Assembly (NCBI GenBank): GCA_011388305.1
Contig: DSAF01000158.1
Coordinates: 2,212-66,211, forward strand
Reading direction: 5' to 3'
DNA from: Candidatus Zixiibacteriota bacterium
Lineage (GTDB): Bacteria; UBP14; UBA6098
DNA length: 64,000 nt
Program-made: the position numbers and the translations under genes
Notes under the pieces: generated by a model
Told to the model about the DNA's origin: nothing
Database searches by the model: none
The model's input: only the letters and a program-made list of their open reading frames with translations
Shown: positions 1 to 8,963 of the stretch, one piece after another
Layout: each line of letters begins with the position of its first letter
How positions within the stretch are numbered: the stretch's first letter is position 1

Positions 1-1
1 G

Positions 2-865
2 GGGAAGCCCGTCATGGCCTGCCTGCGAGGCGACCACGACCTTTCCGAGGATAAGCTCCAGAGCGCGGTGGGGGAGGCCGTCCGCCCCGCCGAGCCGGAG
101 GAAGCACTCAAAATCACTGGAGCACCGATAGGGTTTTTAGGGCCGATAAGCCTTGCCGATAAGCTCGAAATCATAGTCGATTCCGCCGTGGAGGACGAGA
201 TGCCGTTCGCCACGGGCGCGAACGAAGTCGATTATCACATCACGGGATACTCGCTCGCCGACATCGGCAAACACCGAAGGGCGGACATCCGCGCGGTCGC
301 CGAGGGCGACCTCTGCATCGCATGCGGAAAAAAGCTCGACCTCGTCCCGACAATCGAGATAGGCCACATCTTCAAGCTCGGCACCAAGTATTCCAAACCC
401 ATGGGCGCGACTTTCCTCGACGAAGAGGGCACCGCAAAGCCTATCCAGATGGGAAGTTACGGCATCGGCGTAGGCAGAATCCTCGCGGGTGCGATAGAGC
501 TTTTCGCCGACGAGGACGGAATCTGCTGGCCGATTACAATCGCACCGTTCGAGGTGATTATCACGCCGGTGAACGTCTCCGACGAAGCGGTAATGTCCGT
601 TGCGATGGCGATTTACGAGGAGCTTATCGACGAGGGCGTGGAGGTCCTTCTCGACGACCGCGAGGCGCGCCCGGGCGTCAAGTTCAAAGACGCCGACCTC
701 ATCGGCGCGCCGATTAGAATCACCGTTGGCAAGGGCGTCAAGGACGGCGTTGTCGAGCTTATCGACCGCAAAGCCAAAGAGTCTGAGAATGTGCCCATCG
801 AAGACGCAGTCGAAAAGACGCTCGAACTTTGGGACCGCCTGTTCGCGGAGCTATCGGATTTGTAG
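2..865 (+). CDS. proS: prolyl-tRNA synthetase, C-terminal portion (5' end lies outside the window)
   Basis: Class II aaRS motif GHIFKLGTKYS and the ProRS anticodon-binding C-terminus. The frame is open from the window start. Confidence 0.85.
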   Translation, partial: GKPVMACLRGDHDLSEDKLQSAVGEAVRPAEPEEALKITGAPIGFLGPISLADKLEIIVDSAVEDEMPFATGANEVDYHITGYSLADIGKHRRADIRAVAEGDLCIACGKKLDLVPTIEIGHIFKLGTKYSKPMGATFLDEEGTAKPIQMGSYGIGVGRILAGAIELFADEDGICWPITIAPFEVIITPVNVSDEAVMSVAMAIYEELIDEGVEVLLDDREARPGVKFKDADLIGAPIRITVGKGVKDGVVELIDRKAKESENVPIEDAVEKTLELWDRLFAELSDL

Positions 866-877
866 GGACTTCGCCCG

Positions 878-1795
878 TTATGGGCACGTCGGGCAGTTGA
901 GCTTGCCGGTGAAAGCATTGCGATAGTGCTCGGCCTCGCGCGCAATTTCTTCATCGGGGAACTGCGCCTTTAGAACTTCGAGGCGCACCAGCCGCTCCTC
1001 GACTTCGAGGCACTTGCCGAGAACCCCCGCCGTCGCGCGGAGAACCCCCGGAAACGGCAAATACCGCGACCTCACCGAGACATCGCCGAAGTGTTCCCAG
1101 AACAGCGAGTCGAGCGCGAGAGCTTTGTCGCACATGTCGTTTTCCCATGCAACGCCACGGGCGAAAATCAGCCCGCGCGCCGTGAGCGGCGATTCTGCGG
1201 ACATCTCGACGAGTGTGAAACCCATCGCCACAGCATCATCGTGCCGCTCGACCTGATACGCGACATAGGCCTGCGCAAGACTGTCCAAAATCGGGCGCTC
1301 GGCAGTGGGCGGCTCCACAACCGTGAAATCAAGCGAATCTCCCGCCGACCATCCGCGATTATAGACGAGCCAATACTCTCCCGCCGGAAGGCACGGAAGC
1401 CCCACTTCCCGCTCATAGCTACGGACACCGCGAAACGGGTCGTGTTTGTGGCTCATGCCGTCGATGAGGATGTATCGATAGCGCACGGACTGGCCGGGCG
1501 CGAGCGTGTCGTTGGGGTTGCCCTCGGCCGGATTGATGAGCACGAAGGGGATTTCGGCCTCGACACGCACCATCGCGGGGTCGAGCTGATACACAATCGC
1601 CGAGTCGCTCGCGGTGTTCTTCGCGATAACATCGAAGGACATCGGCTCGCCCATCATAAAAGCCCGCTCGGGCGGAACCCATTCGAACTCGATAGCCTCT
1701 CGAAGAGACTGAATCGGCCCCAACACCTGCGACAACGCAAGAGGGGCGATAGTTAAACACAACACAATGATTAGCAAACACTTAAACGCTTTCAC
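878..1795 (-). CDS. hypothetical secreted protein
   Basis: 305-aa ORF with an N-terminal signal peptide (MKAFKCLLIIVLCLTIAPLALSQ). It overlaps the upstream DnaJ-like gene by 4 nt. No recognisable family. Confidence 0.6.
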   Translation of the reverse strand: MKAFKCLLIIVLCLTIAPLALSQVLGPIQSLREAIEFEWVPPERAFMMGEPMSFDVIAKNTASDSAIVYQLDPAMVRVEAEIPFVLINPAEGNPNDTLAPGQSVRYRYILIDGMSHKHDPFRGVRSYEREVGLPCLPAGEYWLVYNRGWSAGDSLDFTVVEPPTAERPILDSLAQAYVAYQVERHDDAVAMGFTLVEMSAESPLTARGLIFARGVAWENDMCDKALALDSLFWEHFGDVSVRSRYLPFPGVLRATAGVLGKCLEVEERLVRLEVLKAQFPDEEIAREAEHYRNAFTGKLNCPTCP

Positions 1796-2700
1796 AATCC
1801 CGCTTCCTCGGTAAATTTTTCGAACAACTCTCTCGACTTCTCGTCGAGTTTCGATGGGATTTCCACATTGACGACGACAAAGAAATCACCGGCCTTGCCC
1901 TTGCCCGCAAAGCCTTTACCGGGAATTCGGAGCTTCGTTCCCGGTTGCGTGCCCGGCGGGATTTTCAGCAGGACCTTCTCGCCGCGGGGCGTGCGCACGC
2001 GAATTTTCGCGCCCTCGACCGCCTGTTTGAGGCCGATTGTGACGTCGGCGAAAATGTCATCGCCCTCTCTTCGGAAGAACTTATCCTTGGCGACTCTGAC
2101 GGTGATGATGAGGTCTCCCGGTGCGCCGCCGCCGTAACCGGGCGCGCCCATCCCGCGAAGCCGAATCTTTCCGCCGTCGCGGATGCCCGCGGGGATATTG
2201 ATGTCGATGGTCTTCGGCCCCTGTCCGGGGATGTCGAACTGAACTCGGCTCTTGCCGCCCGTCACCGAGGTTTTGAACGGGACTTGGGCGACTGCCTGAT
2301 AGTCCGCGCCTTTGCTGGCGTAGCTTCGCTTTTGGCTACGCCCCCCGAAAAACTGCGAGAACAAATCGCCGAGGTTTCCGCCGCCCGCTCCGCCAAAGAT
2401 GTCCTCGAAGTTGCCCTCGATGACCGTCCCCTGCGGGTATTGGCGCCTTCCGCCGCCGGGGGGCACGCGGAAACCCGCGCCATATTTGCGAAGTTGCTCA
2501 TACTCGGCGCGCTTTTTGGGGTCGGAGAGGACTTGAAAGGCCTCGTTGATTTCCTTGAAGCGCGCCTCGGCCTCGGGCTTGTCGGGGTGGAGGTCGGGGT
2601 GGAATTCTTTCGCGAGGCGATGGAAGGCCTTCTTAATCTCAGCCTCCGATGCGCCTTCCTTCACGGATAAAATTTTGTAGTAGTCTTTGCTCGGATCCAT
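1792..2700 (-). CDS. J-domain co-chaperone (DnaJ/CbpA-like, no zinc finger)
   Basis: N-terminal J domain with HPD motif (YYKILSV...FHPDLHPD), a G/F-rich linker, and a DnaJ C-terminal substrate-binding region. At 302 aa it fits CbpA-type proteins. Confidence 0.85.
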   Translation of the reverse strand: MDPSKDYYKILSVKEGASEAEIKKAFHRLAKEFHPDLHPDKPEAEARFKEINEAFQVLSDPKKRAEYEQLRKYGAGFRVPPGGGRRQYPQGTVIEGNFEDIFGGAGGGNLGDLFSQFFGGRSQKRSYASKGADYQAVAQVPFKTSVTGGKSRVQFDIPGQGPKTIDINIPAGIRDGGKIRLRGMGAPGYGGGAPGDLIITVRVAKDKFFRREGDDIFADVTIGLKQAVEGAKIRVRTPRGEKVLLKIPPGTQPGTKLRIPGKGFAGKGKAGDFFVVVNVEIPSKLDEKSRELFEKFTEEAGL

Positions 2701-2711
2701 ATATCGTTCGG

Positions 2712-3920
2712 TTATTTATCGGCCTTCGGGTTCGATATTCTTCCCATGAAGAGGATGCTTCCGGTTTCGTTGTCGCGGATGATGAAAATGAACGGGTGGT
2801 CCGCGCGGAAAATCGGAGTGGGCTGTGGCATCGCCGCCTTCGTGGCCATCTCAACAGCGGTCGCCGCCGCGGCCTCGGTGCCTTTCTCGTTCACCTCGAT
2901 GAAAGCCTTGTGTTTAATCTGTGAAATCCAAAGCTCGCCGACCGGCCATCCCGTCCCGCTGAAATCGGCGACGTCCATCATAAACGCATCCCTCATGCCA
3001 AGGCTCTTGAATGGCGGGACGAGGCTGTAATCCGTCTTAAGCTCGAACTTGGGGATATAGAGCTTGACCTTCTCCTCCTCGTGGCTGTCGATTTCGGAGA
3101 GCCATTTGGCGAGGTTCTGCGGAGTCAGCTTGCTCTCGATTCCGGCGAGGTCGCCCCTCTCGTTCGGGAGGAAAATCACCATCGACATCGGCCTGCCCTT
3201 ATATGGCAATGAAATCGCCTGAAAGCCGTCGCCCTCGAGGAGCTTGAAACGGCTTTCTTGGAACATCATCGGGACGGAGACTTCATCATCGGGTGCAATA
3301 TAGAACGGCGCGTCGCGCGTGGCGTGGCCTTGAAACGGCGAGAGCCAATCGCCCTTGAAATAAATCGCGTTGAGGATGACGCAGACGGAGTTCGGGTCGA
3401 GCCTATCGAGGATTTTCTCAATCTTGCCGTGAGTCTTATCGCTCACCCACTCGTTGATTTTATCGAGGTCGCCGAAGAAAATTTCCGCGTGATAGTTCTG
3501 CGCGAGAAGGCTTTTGAATTCGCCGGAAACATCCCCGCCGGTGAGGGACAGCGCATTGGCGATGTCGAGCCTCGGCTCGGTTCCGACGAGGTTAGATATA
3601 AGTTCGCCGAAGGCACTATGAACGCCCTCGCCATCGGGAAGTTCCAGCGCGGAGCGCATCTCATCGGCGGTGTTCCCCCGCGCGCCGGAGAATGTCATCC
3701 CCAGCGCCGAGGACACACTGAACGGCGAGAAGAAAAGGTTGCCCTCATCGTCGCGAAGCTGGCCATACAGCTTGACCGCGAAGGCGTTATTCCCCGAAAC
3801 AAGCGCGGAGATGCCATCGGGGGGCGTGTTTTCGGGGGCTTTCGAGAGGGCAGTCGCCAGAGTCGCCAGAAGGCACATAAGTGTGAGAATAGTTGTCGTC
3901 CTGTCCATCGTCATCTCCAT
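2712..3920 (-). CDS. serpin (serine protease inhibitor) family protein
   Basis: Signal peptide, then a serpin core. The C-terminal region with a reactive-centre loop and the FIFIIRDNETGSILFMGRISNP tail is diagnostic. Confidence 0.85.
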   Translation of the reverse strand: MEMTMDRTTTILTLMCLLATLATALSKAPENTPPDGISALVSGNNAFAVKLYGQLRDDEGNLFFSPFSVSSALGMTFSGARGNTADEMRSALELPDGEGVHSAFGELISNLVGTEPRLDIANALSLTGGDVSGEFKSLLAQNYHAEIFFGDLDKINEWVSDKTHGKIEKILDRLDPNSVCVILNAIYFKGDWLSPFQGHATRDAPFYIAPDDEVSVPMMFQESRFKLLEGDGFQAISLPYKGRPMSMVIFLPNERGDLAGIESKLTPQNLAKWLSEIDSHEEEKVKLYIPKFELKTDYSLVPPFKSLGMRDAFMMDVADFSGTGWPVGELWISQIKHKAFIEVNEKGTEAAAATAVEMATKAAMPQPTPIFRADHPFIFIIRDNETGSILFMGRISNPKADK

Positions 3921-3975
3921 TGAATTATGTTTTCAATGAATTATAACGATAGTGTCAAGTCATGCAAAGAAAAAA

Positions 3976-4048
3976 TACCCCATGGAGGATTCGAACCTCC
4001 GACCCACTGATTAAGAGTCAGTTGCTCTGCCAGCTGAGCTAATGGGGC
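3976..4048 (-). tRNA. tRNA-Lys (anticodon CTT)
   Basis: The reverse complement folds as a cloverleaf: acceptor GCCCCAT, D-arm GCTC/AGCTGGCA/GAGC, anticodon stem ACTGA/TCAGT with loop CTCTTAA, and T-arm GGAGG-TTCGAAT-CCTCC. Pair 1-72 is G·U. CCA is not encoded. Confidence 0.85.
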
Positions 4049-4168
4049 ATTTCGCGGCCGGCCAATTCGGCCGATGTTCCGTCAATTTATTCCAAATGCA
4101 TTGGTATTTCAAGCTATTTGTGAAATTTTTTCGCCGGAAGCTCTCGCTTTTTTGCTCAATTTCGCCTC

Positions 4169-4304
4169 GCGCGGGGGCGTCGGCGCGCGTAAACGCGCCG
4201 CGAAGTAGTCGGAGCGCGATCCTGCACAACAAAGAAAGTCTTCCGCCCGACTACTTCGAGCCTGCCTGCGATTTGTAAATCGCAGGCAGGGCCGACGCCC
4301 CGCC
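4169..4304 (+). repeat. copy 1 of a ~135-nt GC-rich structured intergenic repeat (outer stem plus three hairpins)
   Basis: GGGGGCGTCGGC...GCCGACGCCCC outer inverted repeat enclosing three hairpins: GCGCG-TAAA-CGCGC, a 12-bp stem CGAAGTAGTCGG/CCGACTACTTCG with a 34-nt loop, and the palindrome CCTGCCTGCGATTT-GT-AAATCGCAGGCAGG. The same architecture recurs at 26711-26844 and 56386-56522. Confidence 0.8.
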
Positions 4305-4431
4305 ACGAAAAGCGTTAAAGACATCGAGTTCGCGCGAGCATAAGCACTGCTTGATTTGTCGCTATATATGGTTATATTTCGCGCTTAAAGGAGTTCAGAT
4401 ATTCAGAACGCGTTCTGAAGGACGGAGTAAT

Positions 4432-5484
4432 ATGGGGAAATGGCTTATCACAGGCGGTTCAGGGTTTCTCGGAATTAACCTGATTAGATATCTGCTCGAT
4501 AAAGGCGAGGAAATAGTCTCGCTCGACATTCTGCCATTCACATACGACGACTGCGCGGATAAAATCGCCCATGTTCGGGGAGACATTCGCGACAAAGACA
4601 CCGTCGATAGGTGCATGGAGGGCGTCGATATCGTGATGCACGGCGCGGCGGCACTGCCGCTATACTCAAAAGAGGACATCTACACCACCAACATCGATGG
4701 CACCGAGAAAGTCTTCCAGTCCGCACTCGAACACGGACTCAAGCGCGCAATCTACATCTCCTCGACAGCCGTCTATGGCATCCCTGACCATCACCCGATT
4801 TACGAAGAGGACAAGCTCATAGGCGTCGGGCCATACGGCGAGGCCAAAATCGAGGCGGAGAAGCTCGCCAAAATTTTCCGCGGGCGCGGAATGACGATTA
4901 CCACCATCCGCCCGAAATCATTCATCGGGCCGGAGAGGCTCGGCGTGTTCGGCATTTTCTACGAATGGGCCAACGAGGGGCGAAGTTTCCCGATGATAGG
5001 CAGAGGCAACAACTTATACCAGCTCCTCGATGTCGAGGATTTATGCGAGGCGATTTGGATGGCCGCGAACTTCGAGGACGAGGACGCGGTGAACACCGAG
5101 TTCAACATCGGCGCAAAGGAATTCTCGACCATGCGCGAGGACTATCAGGTCGTCCTCGATGCCGCCGGCTTCGGCAAAAAAATCAAAGGCTCGCCGGGAA
5201 ACTTGGTGGTTTTCACCCTCGAAGTCCTCGATAAGCTTAAGCTCTCGCCCTTGTATCCGTGGGTTTATAAGACCGCGACCAAAGACTCATTCGTCTCGGT
5301 GGAGAAAGCGGAAAAAGTTCTGGGGTTCACGCCGAAATTCTCGAACAAAGACGCGCTTCTTCGCAACTACGAGTGGTTTTTGGAGAATGTCGATAAATTC
5401 CATCGAGGCGACACACAAGACGGCATCACCCATCGAGTGCCTTGGAAGCAGGGCATCCTCGGCGTCATCAAGCGGTTCTTCTGA
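4432..5484 (+). CDS. NAD-dependent epimerase/dehydratase family protein (SDR, sugar-nucleotide modifying)
   Basis: Rossmann motif MGKWLITGGSGFLGINLIRYLL with a YxxxK active-site region. The start was moved to the internal MGKW, because the upstream part of the ORF is not protein-like. Confidence 0.8.
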   Translation: MGKWLITGGSGFLGINLIRYLLDKGEEIVSLDILPFTYDDCADKIAHVRGDIRDKDTVDRCMEGVDIVMHGAAALPLYSKEDIYTTNIDGTEKVFQSALEHGLKRAIYISSTAVYGIPDHHPIYEEDKLIGVGPYGEAKIEAEKLAKIFRGRGMTITTIRPKSFIGPERLGVFGIFYEWANEGRSFPMIGRGNNLYQLLDVEDLCEAIWMAANFEDEDAVNTEFNIGAKEFSTMREDYQVVLDAAGFGKKIKGSPGNLVVFTLEVLDKLKLSPLYPWVYKTATKDSFVSVEKAEKVLGFTPKFSNKDALLRNYEWFLENVDKFHRGDTQDGITHRVPWKQGILGVIKRFF

Positions 5485-5515
5485 GGGGTTTCCTGCAGAC
5501 AACTTTCCTGCCGCG

Positions 5516-6073
5516 TTAATACCTGTATCCCTGTGCCTCATCGGGGGTGAACTCCACGCCAAGCCCGAGAACTATTCTGTTCACGAAGTTGAAATATGCG
5601 GCGATAAGGGTTATTGTGAGGATCTCATCATCCGAAAGGCCTTGTTCACTAAGGGCTTTAATGCTCTGTTCGGATGCGTTGCCCGGGTTTCGGGTGAGGT
5701 TTTGCGCATACTCGCAGATGGCCGTCTCACGGTCATCGAGGCCAGCACTGCGATAATCCTCGGCGAGCAAGTCGATGCGGCGGGAGTCTTTCCAATATGC
5801 GTCGAGCGCCTCGGCGTGGTGTCGGATGCAGTATTTACAACCGTTTGCGGACGACACGACTACGGCGATAATCTCGCAAAGGCATCTTGGGAGCGAGTTT
5901 TCGCCGAACATGATGGCGCGGTAAAGGTTCATGTGCTCGCGCATGGCCTTGGGGTGCAGGCTGTGCACACGCATGACATTCGATAGTTTGCCTCGTGCGG
6001 AGATTATCTCGCGATATATCTCCTCAAGCTCGCCATCGGCGTCGTTCTCGTCGATAATTCTAATCCATGCCAT
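5516..6073 (-). CDS. carboxymuconolactone decarboxylase / AhpD-like peroxidase-related protein
   Basis: CMD-family CxxC-HH motif (CKYCIRHH). Length 185 aa. Confidence 0.7.
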   Translation of the reverse strand: MAWIRIIDENDADGELEEIYREIISARGKLSNVMRVHSLHPKAMREHMNLYRAIMFGENSLPRCLCEIIAVVVSSANGCKYCIRHHAEALDAYWKDSRRIDLLAEDYRSAGLDDRETAICEYAQNLTRNPGNASEQSIKALSEQGLSDDEILTITLIAAYFNFVNRIVLGLGVEFTPDEAQGYRY

Positions 6074-6665
6074 GTGTTTCCTCCTCGTCCAGTCCCTCTA
6101 TCCATCCTCGGACCCAGCGAATGTCGAATCTGCGGTCGGAGATGTCGCCCACCCTGTCCCAGATAAGCTCTTCGGGCGGGCCGAAATCTGTGATGTCGCG
6201 GAGGCGGAATCTGCCTCCCGGCGCACAATCTGTCACGCCGAAGAGCTGAAGCGAGTCGATGCCCTCCAAGAAGAACGGGTTCACCTCTGCGCTCATAACC
6301 CAGCTCGAGTCCGATTGGCGGAGCATCATATCACCAATGCGGTAGAAAGTGCCCTCTTGGCTACGGCGCTCAAACCCCCACGAACAAGTCTCCCAGACCG
6401 TCGAGTTGAACGTCCCCTCGCCGGGAAGCTCGTGATACTTGATTCCGAGGCTGAAAACATCCGGCGCGTCGAGGCCGTCTTTGAACAGGCGAAAGCGCAC
6501 CGCCCACTGAAACTGAAGTGCCGAACTGTCCGAGCGAACAAACTCGAGGCTATCCGGCATTTGAATGAGGTTCATCTCGGCGTAAAATGTCGTTGGCAGG
6601 GGCTTCTCCGCGATAGCGGCCATTGCCATAAGCAGGATTAGCAGTATGGCGACGCGTCCGCCCAT
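6060..6665 (-). CDS. hypothetical secreted protein
   Basis: 201 aa with a signal peptide (ILLILLMAMAAIA). No known family. It overlaps the CMD gene by 14 nt. Confidence 0.55.
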   Translation of the reverse strand: MGGRVAILLILLMAMAAIAEKPLPTTFYAEMNLIQMPDSLEFVRSDSSALQFQWAVRFRLFKDGLDAPDVFSLGIKYHELPGEGTFNSTVWETCSWGFERRSQEGTFYRIGDMMLRQSDSSWVMSAEVNPFFLEGIDSLQLFGVTDCAPGGRFRLRDITDFGPPEELIWDRVGDISDRRFDIRWVRGWIEGLDEEETHGMD

Positions 6666-7781
6666 TTATCCCGTCAATCCCTCTTGCACGGCCTCGATAA
6701 CCGCGCTCTGCTCATCGCAAGTCAGCTCCGGGAATATCGGAAGGGAGAGCACTTCATTGCACGCGCGCTCGGTTTCGGGAAGCGAAAGCTCGTCATATCG
6801 GCCGGAATATGCCGGCTGGCGATGAAGCGGCACCATGTAATACACGGCGCAACCGATGGCTTTCTCCTGCAGGTGCTTTAAGGTATCGTCCCTCTTGCCG
6901 TCCTCGATGCGAACTGTATATTGATGATATGTATGGCGATAGCCCTCAAGCTCGTGCGCTGGCTCGATGCCTCCTGCGCCCGCGAAGGCAAGGCGGTATC
7001 TCTCGGCATTGGCTCTGCGTTTGTCGTTGAAATCGTCGAGGTGGCGGAGCTTCACTTTAAGGACGGCGGCTTGGATTTCATCGAGGCGCGTGTTATATCC
7101 GAAAGTCTCGTGGCGGTATCGGTCGTTTCGTGTGCCGTGCATTCTCATCGAGACGGCGAAATCGCGGACTTCCTGCGAATTTGTCGTTATAAGGCCGCCA
7201 TCGCCCACTGCGCCGAGGTTTTTGCTGGGGAAGAAACTGAACGCGCCGGCATGACCGACAGAACCCGCTTTGCCTGACGGGCAGGCCGCGCCGATAGCTT
7301 GGCAAGCGTCCTCGATAACGGCGAGGCCGTGTTCTTCGGCAATCGCCATCACGGCGCCCATGTCGCACATCTGGCCGAAAATATGCACGGGAATAATCGC
7401 CTTGGTTTTGGGCGTGATTTTCCGGCGGATGTCCTCGGCGTCGATGTTGAAAGTTTTCGGCTCGATGTCCGCGAAAACCGGAGTCGCGCCGACATCGTCT
7501 ATGATCTCGCAGGTGGCGAAATAGCTGAACGCCGTCGTGATGACCTCGTCGCCCTCGCCCACTCCGAACGCCCGCAATGCGATGCGCAGTGCGTCGGTGC
7601 CGGAGTTCACGCCGACGGCGAACTTCGCGCCGGTGAAATCCGCCGCCTCGGCCTCAAACGCCTTGACGTTCGGCCCGAGAATATAATAACCAGAACGCAA
7701 GACGGCCAGCACCTCGCGTTCCACCTCGTCGCGAATCATCTCGTATTGCCTTTTAAGGTCGAGCAGGGGAACACTCATCAT
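6666..7781 (-). CDS. DegT/DnrJ/EryC1/StrS family PLP-dependent sugar aminotransferase
   Basis: N-terminal PLLDLKRQY...GPNVKAFE motif and a PLP-lysine region typical of sugar-nucleotide aminotransferases. Length 371 aa. Confidence 0.85.
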   Translation of the reverse strand: MMSVPLLDLKRQYEMIRDEVEREVLAVLRSGYYILGPNVKAFEAEAADFTGAKFAVGVNSGTDALRIALRAFGVGEGDEVITTAFSYFATCEIIDDVGATPVFADIEPKTFNIDAEDIRRKITPKTKAIIPVHIFGQMCDMGAVMAIAEEHGLAVIEDACQAIGAACPSGKAGSVGHAGAFSFFPSKNLGAVGDGGLITTNSQEVRDFAVSMRMHGTRNDRYRHETFGYNTRLDEIQAAVLKVKLRHLDDFNDKRRANAERYRLAFAGAGGIEPAHELEGYRHTYHQYTVRIEDGKRDDTLKHLQEKAIGCAVYYMVPLHRQPAYSGRYDELSLPETERACNEVLSLPIFPELTCDEQSAVIEAVQEGLTG

Positions 7782-8962
7782 TTTTCCTTACGCTCATGTC
7801 CACCGAGAGACTCGGCGAGCAGTTGATACTTTTCGGGCTGTTCGGTCTTCATTCGGTCGAGGAACGCCGCGCCCAGCACCCACATCGCGAGTAAAATTCC
7901 GCCGCCCAAAACCGAGAGAACGAGGATTATCGCGCGCTTGGGGCGTTCTTTCTTCTGGGGGACTTGCGCGCGAGAGAGAACCTGCAGAATCGGCGTATCT
8001 TTAAGCTCCTCGATGCGCGCCTGCTCGAACTGCTGAACGAGGAACTCATAAAGCACCTCTTGAATCATTAGCTCGCGATAGAGGCGCGCATACTCAACCG
8101 CCAGCTCGGGGATGTCGCGAAGGCCGATTTGACCTGCCGTGCCGGAGCCGGTTCTAATGATTTCGATTTGCTCGCGAAGCGATTTTATCTTTGCGCGAAC
8201 GTCCTCGATTTCGCCGTGCTCGGGTTTTCTCGTAGATGATAATATCCCCAATTCCACGTTTGCTATTTGGATTTCGGCCTCGAGTTGCGCGAGGTTTTCG
8301 ATTGTCACGCGAGTTTGGTCTTCGATGGAAAAAGCGCCGTGCTCTTTTTGGAACGCCGCGAAGGTCTCTGCGGCCTCGGCGAGTGTCATTTTTGTTTCCT
8401 CGAGCCTTGTCTCGATGAACTCCCTCGTCGCGCCGGCGCTACCCGAGCGTAAACTTCGGTTGATGTTGTCCAAATTATCGACTACCGTATTCGTTACAAA
8501 TGCGGCGAAGCGCGGGTCTTTGTCCTCGAACGATATTTTGAGAATGCCCTCGCCGGAAACATTGGCTTCCAAATGTTTGCGCACTTTTTTGCGGACTTTC
8601 TCATGCAAGTCGATTTCATACCGCGCATCCAAATCGAACTCGGAAATAAGCGTATCGACCATGGCGTTAGAATTGACGACAGCCTTCCAGAGGTCGGATG
8701 GCGTGGTCATCATAGGCAGTGAATAGTCTCCGCCGCCGCCGCCCATGCTCATTATTCCGGTGACGAGGTTGGCCATAGCTCCCATCGATGCGCTACTCCG
8801 GTAGGAGGGCATGACCTCGGCTTCGGCCTTATACCACTTCGGGAAAAGGGACGCGATGCCGAATGACAGCGCGCCGATAATTATCGAGCCTAAGATGATA
8901 AAACGCCAACGCCCGAGGAGCGTCCACACCCACCAGTAGTCATTTTTTTGAAAATCGCTCAT
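7778..8962 (-). CDS. polysaccharide chain-length determinant protein (Wzz/GumC-like)
   Basis: N- and C-terminal transmembrane segments flank a long coiled-coil periplasmic region. It overlaps degT by 4 nt and sits in a polysaccharide gene cluster. Confidence 0.7.
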   Translation of the reverse strand: MSDFQKNDYWWVWTLLGRWRFIILGSIIIGALSFGIASLFPKWYKAEAEVMPSYRSSASMGAMANLVTGIMSMGGGGGDYSLPMMTTPSDLWKAVVNSNAMVDTLISEFDLDARYEIDLHEKVRKKVRKHLEANVSGEGILKISFEDKDPRFAAFVTNTVVDNLDNINRSLRSGSAGATREFIETRLEETKMTLAEAAETFAAFQKEHGAFSIEDQTRVTIENLAQLEAEIQIANVELGILSSTRKPEHGEIEDVRAKIKSLREQIEIIRTGSGTAGQIGLRDIPELAVEYARLYRELMIQEVLYEFLVQQFEQARIEELKDTPILQVLSRAQVPQKKERPKRAIILVLSVLGGGILLAMWVLGAAFLDRMKTEQPEKYQLLAESLGGHERKEK

Positions 8963-8963
8963 G

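Noticed and set aside
4169-4304. Structured repeat considered as an integron attC site or a tRNA-derived element
   Set aside because: The outer repeats (GGGGGCGTCGGC) do not match attC R''/R' cores (RYYYAAC/GTTRRRY), and no intI is present. It is cloverleaf-like but has no tRNA T-loop or anticodon-loop consensus and is about twice tRNA length.
5159-5986. 275-aa plus-strand ORF overlapping the epimerase 3' end and the CMD gene
   Set aside because: It is out of frame with the epimerase and antisense to the CMD gene. The product is Ser/Arg-rich low complexity.
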